From positions 2,047-66,046 of the forward strand of contig DATEDZ010000021.1 of assembly GCA_035281385.1 (NCBI GenBank): 64,000 nucleotides of DNA, given 5' to 3'. Made by a program: the position numbers and the translations under genes. This DNA comes from Polyangiaceae bacterium (GTDB taxonomy: Bacteria > Myxococcota_A > Polyangia > Polyangiales > Polyangiaceae). The first letter of the stretch is position 1; every line of letters starts with the position of its first letter. The notes under the pieces were generated by a model. It did no database searches. It saw nothing but the letters and a program-made list of their open reading frames with translations, and had not been told where the DNA came from. Shown in pieces: positions 19,057 to 28,026 of this stretch.

Positions 19057-19779
19057 TCAGCCCTCCTTCACGTAGTAGAGCTTGCCGTCGGAGAGCTGGA
19101 TGGCGCCGACGCCGTCCTCATGTGCCTTCGCCTTGCTGGCGCTGATCTCCTCGTCGCTCGCCTCTCGCACCACGGCGCCGGTCTCGAGCTCGACGAGCTG
19201 CGGCGCCACGCGCCCTTCCTTGGCTTCCCACGCCTTGCGGAAAGTGCAGAGCGGGTGGTGGCTGCCGGCGACCGCGCCCGACCACTCGCGGCAGACGCAC
19301 TCGGCCGGCGGCGGTGGCTCAAGCCGTTCGCCTTGCGCGGGCTCCGTCGGGACGACCTCGGCAGGCGCCGGAGCAGGGCTCTCCGGTGGAGGCGCCGGCT
19401 CGGTATCGCGCGTCTCGCTCGCTTCGCTGACGACTACGCGCTCGCGCGGCACGTCAGGGCTCCGAGCTTGCTGTGCTTCCCAGGGGCCCTTCAACGCGCA
19501 GATGGGGTGGTGTTGGTCCTCTTTGCCCATGGGCTTTTGCCATTCGCGGCAGATGCACTCGCGGGGCGAGACCGCGTGGTGTGCGCCGCGCGCCTTCGAT
19601 TTCTCGATCGGCACCCGTGCCGACTTCTCGGGTGCCCTCACGGTCCCGAGGATGCGACCGCTCGGTGCGCGCAGCTGGGTGTCGCCGTGCTTCGAGTAGA
19701 TGCGCTGCTTGAGCGCGCCACGCGAGTCCCGGTCGCGCCACGATCGGAACTCACTCTGGCTGAGACGATAGAGCTTCAT
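19057..19779 (-). CDS. Hypothetical protein with two CxCREW...HHPxC motifs
   Basis: ECICREW...HHPIC and ECVCREW...HHPLC separated by a Pro/Glu linker; start ATG 19779 or GTG 19848. Confidence 0.72.
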   Translation of the reverse strand: MKLYRLSQSEFRSWRDRDSRGALKQRIYSKHGDTQLRAPSGRILGTVRAPEKSARVPIEKSKARGAHHAVSPRECICREWQKPMGKEDQHHPICALKGPWEAQQARSPDVPRERVVVSEASETRDTEPAPPPESPAPAPAEVVPTEPAQGERLEPPPPAECVCREWSGAVAGSHHPLCTFRKAWEAKEGRVAPQLVELETGAVVREASDEEISASKAKAHEDGVGAIQLSDGKLYYVKEG

Positions 19780-20009
19780 GCTGACCACCTTGAACGTGGG
19801 GCGAATGGAATGGATTTGTGCGTGCCGACAGGCGCCCCACGCCTTCACTGCGGCACCTCACCTTGGTGCCACAAACAATTGTCTGGCCCCAAGAAAATCT
19901 CGCAGCAATTTTCTCGCTGCGCGCTGGCTACGACTGACAATTTACCGAGGCAATAGTTGGCGCGAAGGCTTGAGTGCCTCCATCCTCGCGATTGAAAGGC
20001 AGGCCGCTC

Positions 20010-20582
20010 ATGGCAATGATGTCTGATTCCCAAGTGCGGAATCTCGCGAACACGCTCGAGACCTACGAGGCGCGCGAGAAGAAGCGCGAGATCGAGAAGC
20101 GCGATGAAAAGCGCGAGAACCACCGCAAGTGGATGGAGCTGCTCTACACGGGCGCAGGCGTGGCTGGAGCCGCCGGGATCGGCTTCCTCCATGGTCGCTA
20201 CGAGGATGACGACGGCAACTTTTTCATCCCCCGTACGACCCTGCCCGCGGATCTCACCGTGGGCACGCTCGGCGTCTTGCTCGGCTTCGGCATGGGCTAC
20301 ATGGGCACCAAGAAGGACGTGCCCGGGCGCAAGGACGAGGGCTCCGAGGCCGGCAAGGTCGTGTTCCAGCTCTCGCGCGGCGTGCTCGATGGCGCGACCG
20401 CCATGTACTTCCGGAAGCACGCCCGCTCCGGCAAGCTCGCCAACAAGTTCTGGGCCGGCGAGGGAGTACCCGAAATCGTGGGCGGACAGCCCAACAACTA
20501 TCCCGCCATGGGCGCCGCGCCGCCCGTCAACGTGGCGATGACCGACGCTCAGCTCGCGGCAGCGCTTCGCCGCAACCTCTAG
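20010..20582 (+). CDS. Putative virion membrane protein
   Basis: Charged coiled N-terminus, two Gly-rich hydrophobic segments, C-terminal EIVGG; first gene of the rightward operon. Confidence 0.65.
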   Translation: MAMMSDSQVRNLANTLETYEAREKKREIEKRDEKRENHRKWMELLYTGAGVAGAAGIGFLHGRYEDDDGNFFIPRTTLPADLTVGTLGVLLGFGMGYMGTKKDVPGRKDEGSEAGKVVFQLSRGVLDGATAMYFRKHARSGKLANKFWAGEGVPEIVGGQPNNYPAMGAAPPVNVAMTDAQLAAALRRNL

Positions 20583-20699
20583 CCTCAACGCAGAAATCCG
20601 TGGTCGGTAGCGTCCGACCAACTGACCACTGCCTCGCGGTGGCCCGGCGGAGCTCTGCCTTAACCGTACGCAGTCAGCAGCAACAGCAGGAGAATTCGC

Positions 20700-21332
20700 A
20701 TGGCCAGTTGGGAATCCATCATGGGTGACGACGACGACTTCGGAGAGATCGGCGCCGAGCTCGACCTCGTGGGCGGCATGGGCGTTTCCGAGATCGTCGG
20801 TGGCGACGAGGAAGGAGACGACGACGAGTGGGGCGGCGACGAGGACCTCCTCAACGCGCTCTCCATCGGCGCGGCGCGCCGCGGAAAGCACAAGAAGGCC
20901 AACGCGTTTCGTCGCGTCGCGCAGAAGATTGCCGCGTATCGGAAGGTGGACCCAGGCGCCGTCGCGATTCGGCAGCGCGACCTCAACAAGCGCCGTCGTT
21001 TCCCGCTCGGCTTCCAACCAACGACCGTTATCGCTGGCGCTACCTCGAACATCCCCGCGGCCCCGCAGGACATGTTCCGGCCGGAGCGTCTCGTCATTCC
21101 GTCGGACACGGCGTTCGACTTCGGCGTCCAAGACGTCAAGGTCGGCAACACTTCGCAGCTCGTGAGCGGCGGGGAAGTGCCGGCTGCCCTCTTCACGGAG
21201 GTGTCGATCGACACGCACGTTCACTTCAAGACTGCCGAGATCGGCAACCAGATCTCGGTGTCGGTCCGCAACAAGACCAGCGGAGACATCGAGTTCTCGG
21301 CTGGCATCATCGGCACCGTCGTTCAGGCCTGA
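20700..21332 (+). CDS. Candidate single-jelly-roll major capsid protein precursor
   Basis: Strong RBS AGGAG; acidic residues 1-56, basic arm, then about 115 aa of alternating beta pattern (FRPERLVIPS, FGVQDVKVG, GNQISVSVRN, FSAGIIG). Fold inferred. Confidence 0.55.
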   Translation: MASWESIMGDDDDFGEIGAELDLVGGMGVSEIVGGDEEGDDDEWGGDEDLLNALSIGAARRGKHKKANAFRRVAQKIAAYRKVDPGAVAIRQRDLNKRRRFPLGFQPTTVIAGATSNIPAAPQDMFRPERLVIPSDTAFDFGVQDVKVGNTSQLVSGGEVPAALFTEVSIDTHVHFKTAEIGNQISVSVRNKTSGDIEFSAGIIGTVVQA

Positions 21333-21352
21333 GCGCGAAGCGGGGCGATGCG

Positions 21353-21751
21353 GTGCGAGTTTTGGTCAACCTCGGAGATTTTCCGCTCACCAAGCGGAGT
21401 CGCTTCCTCGGGCTGTTCATCAAGCCCGTGCTGGACGCGATGGTGGAAATCAACCGCTTCTACCTGCGGACCCACCACGTCCCCGAGCTTTACCAGGCCC
21501 GCGTTCGCTATCGCCCCGAACCCGACGACGGCACGCCGGAGGAATTCGCGGCCATCCCGAAAGTCCTCTCGCGAGGTTGGGGCGACTGCGACGACCTGGC
21601 GCCCTGGCGGGTGGCTGAGCTGCGCGAAGCTGGCGAGCCCGCGCGCATCCGCATCACGTGGCGACGGCCGCGCGGTCGGCGCCTGTACCACGTGCTCGTT
21701 CGTCGCGGCGACGGCCGCATCGAAGACCCGTCTCGGATCTTGGGAATGTGA
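21353..21751 (+). CDS. Transglutaminase-like (papain-fold) cysteine protease
   Basis: GDCDDL...YHVLV...IEDPS gives a Cys-His-Asp triad in transglutaminase order; GTG 21353. Confidence 0.75.
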   Translation: MRVLVNLGDFPLTKRSRFLGLFIKPVLDAMVEINRFYLRTHHVPELYQARVRYRPEPDDGTPEEFAAIPKVLSRGWGDCDDLAPWRVAELREAGEPARIRITWRRPRGRRLYHVLVRRGDGRIEDPSRILGM

Positions 21752-21769
21752 CCCGTTGAAGGTGAAGTC

Positions 21770-23248
21770 ATGATCGGCAAGCTCCTCGTTCCAGTCGCCA
21801 TTGGCGGCGGCCTCCTGCTCCTGCTGTCGTCGAGCGCGAAGGCCGACACCGCGCCGCGCAATCCGTTCGATGCGCTGCCCTCGAACCTGCGGGTTCTGGC
21901 GGCGCAAGCTCAGGCCACCAACGATCCGGGTCTGCTCGAACAGACCGCCGCGCAGCTCGAGATGCGCGGCTTCGTGCAAGCGGCCGGGGTTCTGCGGATG
22001 CAGGCCGACCAAATCCGACGCATCCGCGATGGCAACGCGCCGGGAGGCACCAAGCCCGACGCTTCGCAGGGCAATCCCTTCGATGCGCTGCCCGCCAACC
22101 TGCGCATGTTGGCGGGACAGGCGCAGGCGACCAACGACCCCGGCATCCTCGAGCAGATGGCGTCGCAGCTCGAAGCGGAGGGCTTCATGCAGGCGGCGAG
22201 CGTTCTCCGCATTCAAGCGAACCATGCGCGTCGCCCCGGCAGCACCGTTGCCGCGGCTCAGGCTTTGCCGCCTCCCGCCCAGGCTCCCGCCGCTGCAGCC
22301 AGCGGCCCGCCACCGTTTGTGCCCACGCCGGAGCCTGCCGGCGGGCAACGCCTCACGCCCGACCTGCAAAAGCTCATCGCCGACGCGGTAGCTAACGGCA
22401 CTGCGCCCGTCCTGACCAGCACCGCTTTCGTGGTCGAGCGCGCGGGTTTTCCGGACGTGGCTGAAGATCTGCGGCGGCGCGCCAGGGACGCCGCCGCGAA
22501 GGCGCCGGCTCCTGCGCAAAAGGACCTGCCCAACGTGGCGCTCGATCCGAGCATGCCGAGTGACCTCGCCCGGGAAGTCGCGCGTCAGCTGCAGCTCCAG
22601 GGCGATCCGGCGGCACTCGAAGCGCTTGCGCGCGAGCTTCGGCTCCGTGGCTTCAACAACACCGCCGACCAGGTCGAAGCGAAGGCCAAGCAGATCCGCG
22701 CGATGCTCGACGCGGCTCGGACGATGCACGACATCGATCAAGAGTTCAAGTCGCCGGGCGTTCCGCCGCTGCCGAGCAGTGGCGGCCCGGCGGCTCCGGT
22801 GCAGACGCTGCCACCTGTCACCGTGACGGCGACGCCGCCGACGCCGCTACCGGTGCCGGTGGTGCCGGTGCCCCAGCCGCTCCCGCCCGAGCGGTCGAAG
22901 GCACAAATCCTCGCGGACAACCTGTCGGTTAGCTTGAACAACCTCATCGCGGAGCGCGGCAGCGTGCCAAAGGCTCGCTTCAAAGAGGACCAAGGCGTCG
23001 TGATGCGGTTCCAAACCGAGGAGCGCCTCACCGCTGACGGCAAGTACGGTCCGACGACGGCTGCCCACGTCGCTCGCTACGTCTCGGATGTTCCGCCGCC
23101 CTTCTACTGGAAGAAGGGAGCCGGCCAGAAGGACCTCGGCATCTATCGCAGCAACCTCGAAGCCATTGCGCTCGACGCCGAGCAACTCGGCAACACCGAC
23201 CGCGCCTCGCGGCTGCGCGCCAGCGCCGCCAGGGCATCGCTCGCGTGA
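21770..23248 (+). CDS. Membrane-anchored helical-repeat protein with C-terminal peptidoglycan-binding domain
   Basis: N-terminal TM; four helical repeats of about 50 aa; VMRFQTEERLTADGKYGPTT resembles PG_binding_1. Confidence 0.75.
   Translation: MIGKLLVPVAIGGGLLLLLSSSAKADTAPRNPFDALPSNLRVLAAQAQATNDPGLLEQTAAQLEMRGFVQAAGVLRMQADQIRRIRDGNAPGGTKPDASQGNPFDALPANLRMLAGQAQATNDPGILEQMASQLEAEGFMQAASVLRIQANHARRPGSTVAAAQALPPPAQAPAAAASGPPPFVPTPEPAGGQRLTPDLQKLIADAVANGTAPVLTSTAFVVERAGFPDVAEDLRRRARDAAAKAPAPAQKDLPNVALDPSMPSDLAREVARQLQLQGDPAALEALARELRLRGFNNTADQVEAKAKQIRAMLDAARTMHDIDQEFKSPGVPPLPSSGGPAAPVQTLPPVTVTATPPTPLPVPVVPVPQPLPPERSKAQILADNLSVSLNNLIAERGSVPKARFKEDQGVVMRFQTEERLTADGKYGPTTAAHVARYVSDVPPPFYWKKGAGQKDLGIYRSNLEAIALDAEQLGNTDRASRLRASAARASLA
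21858..22235 (+). repeat. Intragenic tandem duplication, 213-bp period
   Basis: GCAATCCSTTCGATGCGCTGCCC at 21858 and 22071; NPFDALP...QAQATNDPG.LEQ twice, 71 aa apart. Confidence 0.9.
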
Positions 23249-23260
23249 AGGACGACCGCC

Positions 23261-24199
23261 ATGACCGAATACTACTTTCCAGCCACTTCGAGCTTCGAGG
23301 CGATGCCCGAGGAGCTGCCCGCCGTGGGCATCGGTCCGGGAGCGTCGCGCGCCGACGACTTGGTGCAGCTCCACGTGGCGCCCTCCGGCGTGAGTGTGAA
23401 AGGGCGTTACTGGCGCGAAGGCCACTTCCTCAAGGCGACGGTGCACGTCCAGGCGGCGGGTAGCGCGCCCAAGACCATCACGGCTCAGGTCGACCTTCGG
23501 CCCATCGCGCACGCCGTCAGGCGGTACCAGGCCATCCAACGCAAGCACGGCGCGCGCGTCGGAGGGTGGCCCGGCAGCTTCATCAGCAAGGTCAAGAAGA
23601 TCGCGAAGTCGAAGCTGGTCTCGCAGGTCGCCAAGACCGTGAAGAGCGTCGTGCAGAGCAAGATCACGGGCGCAGCCGTCGGCGCCGCAGCAGTGGTGTT
23701 CCCGCCGGTCGGTGTCCCGGCGGCTGCGGCCTATGCGACGGCCAATGCGGCGCTCGGCGCGCTCGACCAGGCGAGCAAGATCAAGAAGCAGGCGCAGTCG
23801 GTCCTCGCGCACGGCTCTGCCGCGCAGAAAGCCGCGCTGCAGGCCAAGGCGCCAGCCATCAAGGAAGCGCTTACCCGGGCGGTCGAAGTGAAGCGAAAGC
23901 TGCGGGAGGTCGCGCAGCGCGCAGGCCGCGGCGACCTCGCCGCCCGCAAGACGGCGCGCATCTTCAGTCACGTGATGCAGCACCGACAGCGCGTGAACCA
24001 GCACGGGCAAAAGCTGCAAGGCAAGAACGCGACGACGGGGCTCCTCGTTACGGAGTACGGCAAGGTCGTTCCGGGCAAGTGGCTGCTCACAGCCGCCGCT
24101 CACACGGGCCTGCCGCTCCTGCAAGCCGCTGCGCGGCCCGCGCTCATGGCCGTGCCGACGCCGGCCGCCCGCCAGCTGCCGGCACGGAGGCTGCGATGA
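23261..24199 (+). CDS. Basic protein with amphipathic helix (putative membrane-penetration/core protein)
   Basis: RVGG then WPGSFISKVKKIAKSKLVSQVAKTVKSVV and hydrophobic AAVGAAAVVFPPVGVPAAAA. Confidence 0.6.
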   Translation: MTEYYFPATSSFEAMPEELPAVGIGPGASRADDLVQLHVAPSGVSVKGRYWREGHFLKATVHVQAAGSAPKTITAQVDLRPIAHAVRRYQAIQRKHGARVGGWPGSFISKVKKIAKSKLVSQVAKTVKSVVQSKITGAAVGAAAVVFPPVGVPAAAAYATANAALGALDQASKIKKQAQSVLAHGSAAQKAALQAKAPAIKEALTRAVEVKRKLREVAQRAGRGDLAARKTARIFSHVMQHRQRVNQHGQKLQGKNATTGLLVTEYGKVVPGKWLLTAAAHTGLPLLQAAARPALMAVPTPAARQLPARRLR

Positions 24200-24987
24200 C
24201 CCGCGACGCGCCCGAACCCACGCTCAGCGTGTTCGTGCAGCCGACGCCGCACGGTGTGTGGAGCGGCAACAACAACTTCGGCTTCGAGCTCCCGTTCGGA
24301 GCCAATCGCAACAACCGCGAGCGCATTATCAGCCTGCCGGAGTGGGGCGAGCCCTCGGTTTGGACGGTCAGCCTCGGCCTCGACTTCTCCGACGGCGCCT
24401 GGCCCGGCGCCGAGCGTGGCTTCGACGTCGTCGCGGAGGTCGCGTACGGAGTGGGCGGAGCCACTGAGACGGTCCTCGTGGATTGGCTCGCGGGCACGAC
24501 TTTCTCGCTGCCGATGAACGCCATTTCGATCAACGCGTTCTGGGCTTTCCCGCAGTTCGGGGAGGTCCTCTCGCGCGGCCCGGAAGACCTGAAGCTCCGC
24601 GTGCTGCTCGCTCGAGGTGCGCGTGGTTTGGGCCTTTCGCCGAGCAAGTTCGCGCCTCTATTGGACGGCGCACCGTACGCCACGCTCGTCGATAGTGCTG
24701 TCGCGACTCCCGTGGCGCGCATCCCGCGCTTTGGCCGGAAGCTGCTGCTCGCTCCCCTCGACGTCGACGACCTCACGGGCCTGCTCGGCGCGAACAACTT
24801 CGTTCGCTTCTTCAGCGCGCCCGACCCGGGTGGCAGTGCCGTCGCGACCGGCGCCTTTCCGATCGACGCCGCGCTCCTCCGCTCAGGCGTCTACGTCCCA
24901 CCATTCTCCAAGTTCATGACGCTCGAGAACGTCGGTGGTGGCGCTGCCGGCGCCCGGGTGCGCCTCAACTTTCTGCTCGACCTATGA
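24196..24987 (+). CDS. Beta-rich putative vertex/minor capsid protein
   Basis: 263 aa, alternating hydrophobic strands in two halves; ATGA coupling to both neighbours. Confidence 0.55.
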   Translation: MTRDAPEPTLSVFVQPTPHGVWSGNNNFGFELPFGANRNNRERIISLPEWGEPSVWTVSLGLDFSDGAWPGAERGFDVVAEVAYGVGGATETVLVDWLAGTTFSLPMNAISINAFWAFPQFGEVLSRGPEDLKLRVLLARGARGLGLSPSKFAPLLDGAPYATLVDSAVATPVARIPRFGRKLLLAPLDVDDLTGLLGANNFVRFFSAPDPGGSAVATGAFPIDAALLRSGVYVPPFSKFMTLENVGGGAAGARVRLNFLLDL

Positions 24988-25181
24988 CGCCCCAAGAGTT
25001 TTCAGACTACCTGGCTTCGCTGCCACCCGAGATGCAGCAGGCAGTCGCCGACGTCTGCAAACCGATCGGCGACTACGCGAAGAGGGCCGTCGAAATCCGC
25101 GAGCAGCTCGCGCGCGAGTTTCCGAAGCTCCAGCCCCCCTTCCGCGCCGCGCTCAGCCTGGCGCTCGCGAGGTTCCGATGA
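24984..25181 (+). CDS. Small helical hypothetical protein
   Basis: 65 aa; ATGA overlaps at both ends. Confidence 0.6.
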   Translation: MTPQEFSDYLASLPPEMQQAVADVCKPIGDYAKRAVEIREQLAREFPKLQPPFRAALSLALARFR

Positions 25182-25999
25182 TTGTCCAAGACAAGCTGAC
25201 GCCGCTTGGTCGCGACGAAGCCGGTCGCGCGTTCCTGGCCGCCTACCAGCAGCTCGTCGGCAGGTCCCCGACGCAAGCCGTGCTGGCTCTGCTGCTCGCG
25301 CAATCGGCGTTCGAGACCGGCCACTGGAAAAGCCTCCACCACTACAACTTCGGCAACGCGAAGGCGCACCCGAACTACCCGCTTATCACGCAGTTTCGCT
25401 GCTCGGAGGTGGACCAGAACGGCGTCGAGACCTTCTACGACCCGCCCCATCCGCAGTGCAACTTCCGCGCGTACGAGACCCCCGCCGCAGGTGCGCTCGA
25501 CTACCTCAAGGTGCTGCAGAACCGGCCGCACTGGTGGCAGGGCCTGCACACCGGTGACCCGGCGGCCTTTGTGGATGCGCTGTCCACGCCGCCCAAATAC
25601 TTCACGGGCAATCCCACCGTCTACAAGCGCAGCGTCGTTTCGCTGTTCAACGGCTTCTTCCCTTTAGCCAAGGCGGCGCTGACGGCCCCCGCGACCCCGG
25701 TGGCCCCGTCAGCGCCAACCCCGCCACGCCCGTCGCCCGCGCCAGTGCCGGCCCTCTCCTCATCGTCGGCCTCGCCGCCGTCGGACTCGTCTGGGGTGCG
25801 ACCCGCGCCATCAAGCGCACCCAGCTCGGTTAGCCCCACGCCCGTCAAGCCGGCGCCCGCGAGCGCGCCCAGCAATCCGACCGCGGAGCAGTCAAGCGGC
25901 GTCGCGGTGAAGCGGTCGTTCTGGGGCCGCCTCGTGGAGCTCGTGCTTCGTATCGCTCGCGCTCTTTTCCGAATCCTTCCGCCCGGGAGCTCGCCATGA
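25178..25999 (+). CDS. GH73/glucosaminidase-like peptidoglycan hydrolase (endolysin)
   Basis: LAQSAFETG...YNFGNAK...FRAYET...DYLKVL...KYFTGNPTVY; Pro/Ser linker; amphipathic C-terminus. Confidence 0.78.
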   Translation: MIVQDKLTPLGRDEAGRAFLAAYQQLVGRSPTQAVLALLLAQSAFETGHWKSLHHYNFGNAKAHPNYPLITQFRCSEVDQNGVETFYDPPHPQCNFRAYETPAAGALDYLKVLQNRPHWWQGLHTGDPAAFVDALSTPPKYFTGNPTVYKRSVVSLFNGFFPLAKAALTAPATPVAPSAPTPPRPSPAPVPALSSSSASPPSDSSGVRPAPSSAPSSVSPTPVKPAPASAPSNPTAEQSSGVAVKRSFWGRLVELVLRIARALFRILPPGSSP

Positions 26000-26283
26000 T
26001 TTACAAAACGGCGATCCTCGCGGCCGCCGTCCTGGCGCTCGTCGCGCTGGCGACCGGCAAGACGATTCGCTCGCACCGCACGCTGGTGCTGAGCGGCCTC
26101 AAGTACGAGGTCACGCTTTACAGCGACGACACGCTCCAGGTCGTACGCGAGGACGGCTTGCGCTTCAACGTCGACCCCAAGGGCAAGCTCGAGCTCGTCG
26201 CCGGTACGTCCGCTCAGTTCCGCGACGCGGCCGCCCACATGGTGCGGGGTGCGTTCGTTTCACCAGCGGGGGCAGTGTCATGA
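25996..26283 (+). CDS. Small signal-anchored protein
   Basis: N-terminal hydrophobic helix; coupled to neighbours. Confidence 0.6.
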   Translation: MIYKTAILAAAVLALVALATGKTIRSHRTLVLSGLKYEVTLYSDDTLQVVREDGLRFNVDPKGKLELVAGTSAQFRDAAAHMVRGAFVSPAGAVS

Positions 26284-26969
26284 CGACCATCGGCGACCTC
26301 GGCTGCCTGGGCGTCGATGTCGAGGCCTGGGAGAAGGAGAACCGCGCGCCGCTATTCCCGAACAAGGTCAACCGCTGGATCTTGGTGCGCACGCTCCGCG
26401 ACAACCCGACGCCAGACGACCTGAAGATGACGCTCGCGGCCACCTTCTCGAAGTGGTTCGCGGGCACCCCGTTCGACGCGGCATTCCCGTCGGAGGGCAC
26501 CACCCGCAGCTCTAACGCCGACCTGATTCGTCTCGAGCGGGTCACGAAAGAGCGGCTTTCATTTCCTCAAACGGCGCGGCGCCGCGAGCAACTGCCGGGG
26601 CGCCTGCCGATGCTGAAGTCCGGCGACTTCGTTTGGCTCGAGGTCAGCTTCGCTTACCGCGGCCAGCTCGTCGACATGCCGTGGCCGGTGCGCACGGGCG
26701 CGCCGCTGCAGCTTTCGACGAGCGCCCGCTGCCCAGTCGATGCCGACTGGATGCTCGATAGCGCGGCAGTCCCGATCACTGATGCTCCGCCCGAGAAGTC
26801 CTCCTCGGACAAGGCCGGCGAGGCGCTCGGCGGCGCCGCGCAGCGGGTCGGCAGCACGCTGCTTGATGCGCTCTGGCTGCCGCTCGCGCTTGTAGGAGCC
26901 GGCCTAGTCGTTTACTGGGTGGGCGTCCGCGGCATCGTGAGCTCGGCTCGCGACTCGGAGGCCGCGTGA
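26280..26969 (+). CDS. Protein with C-terminal TM anchor
   Basis: LWLPLALVGAGLVVYWVGV tail; N-terminal TIG-DLG-CLG motifs. Confidence 0.65.
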   Translation: MTTIGDLGCLGVDVEAWEKENRAPLFPNKVNRWILVRTLRDNPTPDDLKMTLAATFSKWFAGTPFDAAFPSEGTTRSSNADLIRLERVTKERLSFPQTARRREQLPGRLPMLKSGDFVWLEVSFAYRGQLVDMPWPVRTGAPLQLSTSARCPVDADWMLDSAAVPITDAPPEKSSSDKAGEALGGAAQRVGSTLLDALWLPLALVGAGLVVYWVGVRGIVSSARDSEAA

Positions 26970-28006
26970 TGTCGGCGCCCAGTCAAAACCTAGTGAAGTG
27001 GCTGACGCGCATGCTCGCCGACATCACCGACGCGGGCGCCATCGGTCGCTTCGAGCTGATTCACAAGATTGAAGGCGAGCACGCCGAGCGCCTCGACATT
27101 TGGCGCTCGGACGCGGACAGTCCGCGCAGCCCCGACGAGCTGGGGCAGGAGATGCAAGACGCCGCGCAGCGCGACGCGCAGTCGCGGGTGAGCGGGCTCC
27201 CTCAGCGTTACGTAGTCTACGCCTTTCGGGCACAGAGCGAAGAGCACGAGAGCCAGCACGCCTTCCTGGTGCGGCCCGGCTCGCACCTCTCTCGCCTCGG
27301 CGAAGACTCCGAGCCTCCAAATGACAAGGGCGTCATCGGGCAGAGTATGCGGCACAGCGAGCAGGTCCACCGTCTCCTCATCACAGGTGGCGACGTCATG
27401 ATCGGTCGGCTCGCCTCCGAGCTCGAGCGCGAGCGCGATGCGCGGGTGAAGGCCGAACAGCTCAACTGGTCGGTGTTCGAAAAGTACCAGTCTTTGCTCG
27501 ACCGCGAGCACGAGCGCCGCGTCGTCGAAGCCAAGGAGCTGATGAAGGCGCGCCGTGTGGACGAGCTCATGGGCGTCGTCACTGCCCTCGTCCCCATCCT
27601 GGCCACCAAGCTGCTCGGCGGCTCGCCCGCGCGCTCGGATGCGCCGCAGCTGGGCGCCGCAGCCGACATGGCGACGGATCCGAAGGACCTAGCGGTGCGG
27701 CATTTCTTCTCGCGCCTGTCGGAGACCGAAATCACCAGCATCCTCGGTGCCATCTCGAGCTCCAGCCAGATCGCGCTCGCTCAGATCCACAGCTCGTTCA
27801 CCGGCGAGCAGCAGTCACCCGCCGACGTGATGGCGCGCCAGCTCGCCATCCGCAAATTCCTCAAGATGCTGAGCGAGCAGGAGATCAAGAGCATCCTGGC
27901 GTCGCTCAGTGAGCAGAACCGCCAGCTGCTCATCGCGCTCTATGCGCAGTACCGCGACCTGGAAGAGCAGGAGCAAGCGCGGAAACCGGAGATTTTGCGC
28001 TCGTAG
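26966..28006 (+). CDS. Coiled-coil protein with duplicated C-terminal helical module
   Basis: SEPPNDKGVIGQSMRH, coiled coil, LAVRHFFSRLSETEITSIL / LAIRKFLKMLSEQEIKSIL. Confidence 0.7.
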   Translation: MMSAPSQNLVKWLTRMLADITDAGAIGRFELIHKIEGEHAERLDIWRSDADSPRSPDELGQEMQDAAQRDAQSRVSGLPQRYVVYAFRAQSEEHESQHAFLVRPGSHLSRLGEDSEPPNDKGVIGQSMRHSEQVHRLLITGGDVMIGRLASELERERDARVKAEQLNWSVFEKYQSLLDREHERRVVEAKELMKARRVDELMGVVTALVPILATKLLGGSPARSDAPQLGAAADMATDPKDLAVRHFFSRLSETEITSILGAISSSSQIALAQIHSSFTGEQQSPADVMARQLAIRKFLKMLSEQEIKSILASLSEQNRQLLIALYAQYRDLEEQEQARKPEILRS

Positions 28007-28026
28007 CCCGGGCGCCAAGGAGAGTC

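Noticed and set aside
17580-20010. Canonical chromosomal parS (TGTTTCACGTGAAACA) near parB
   Set aside because: No match seen by eye
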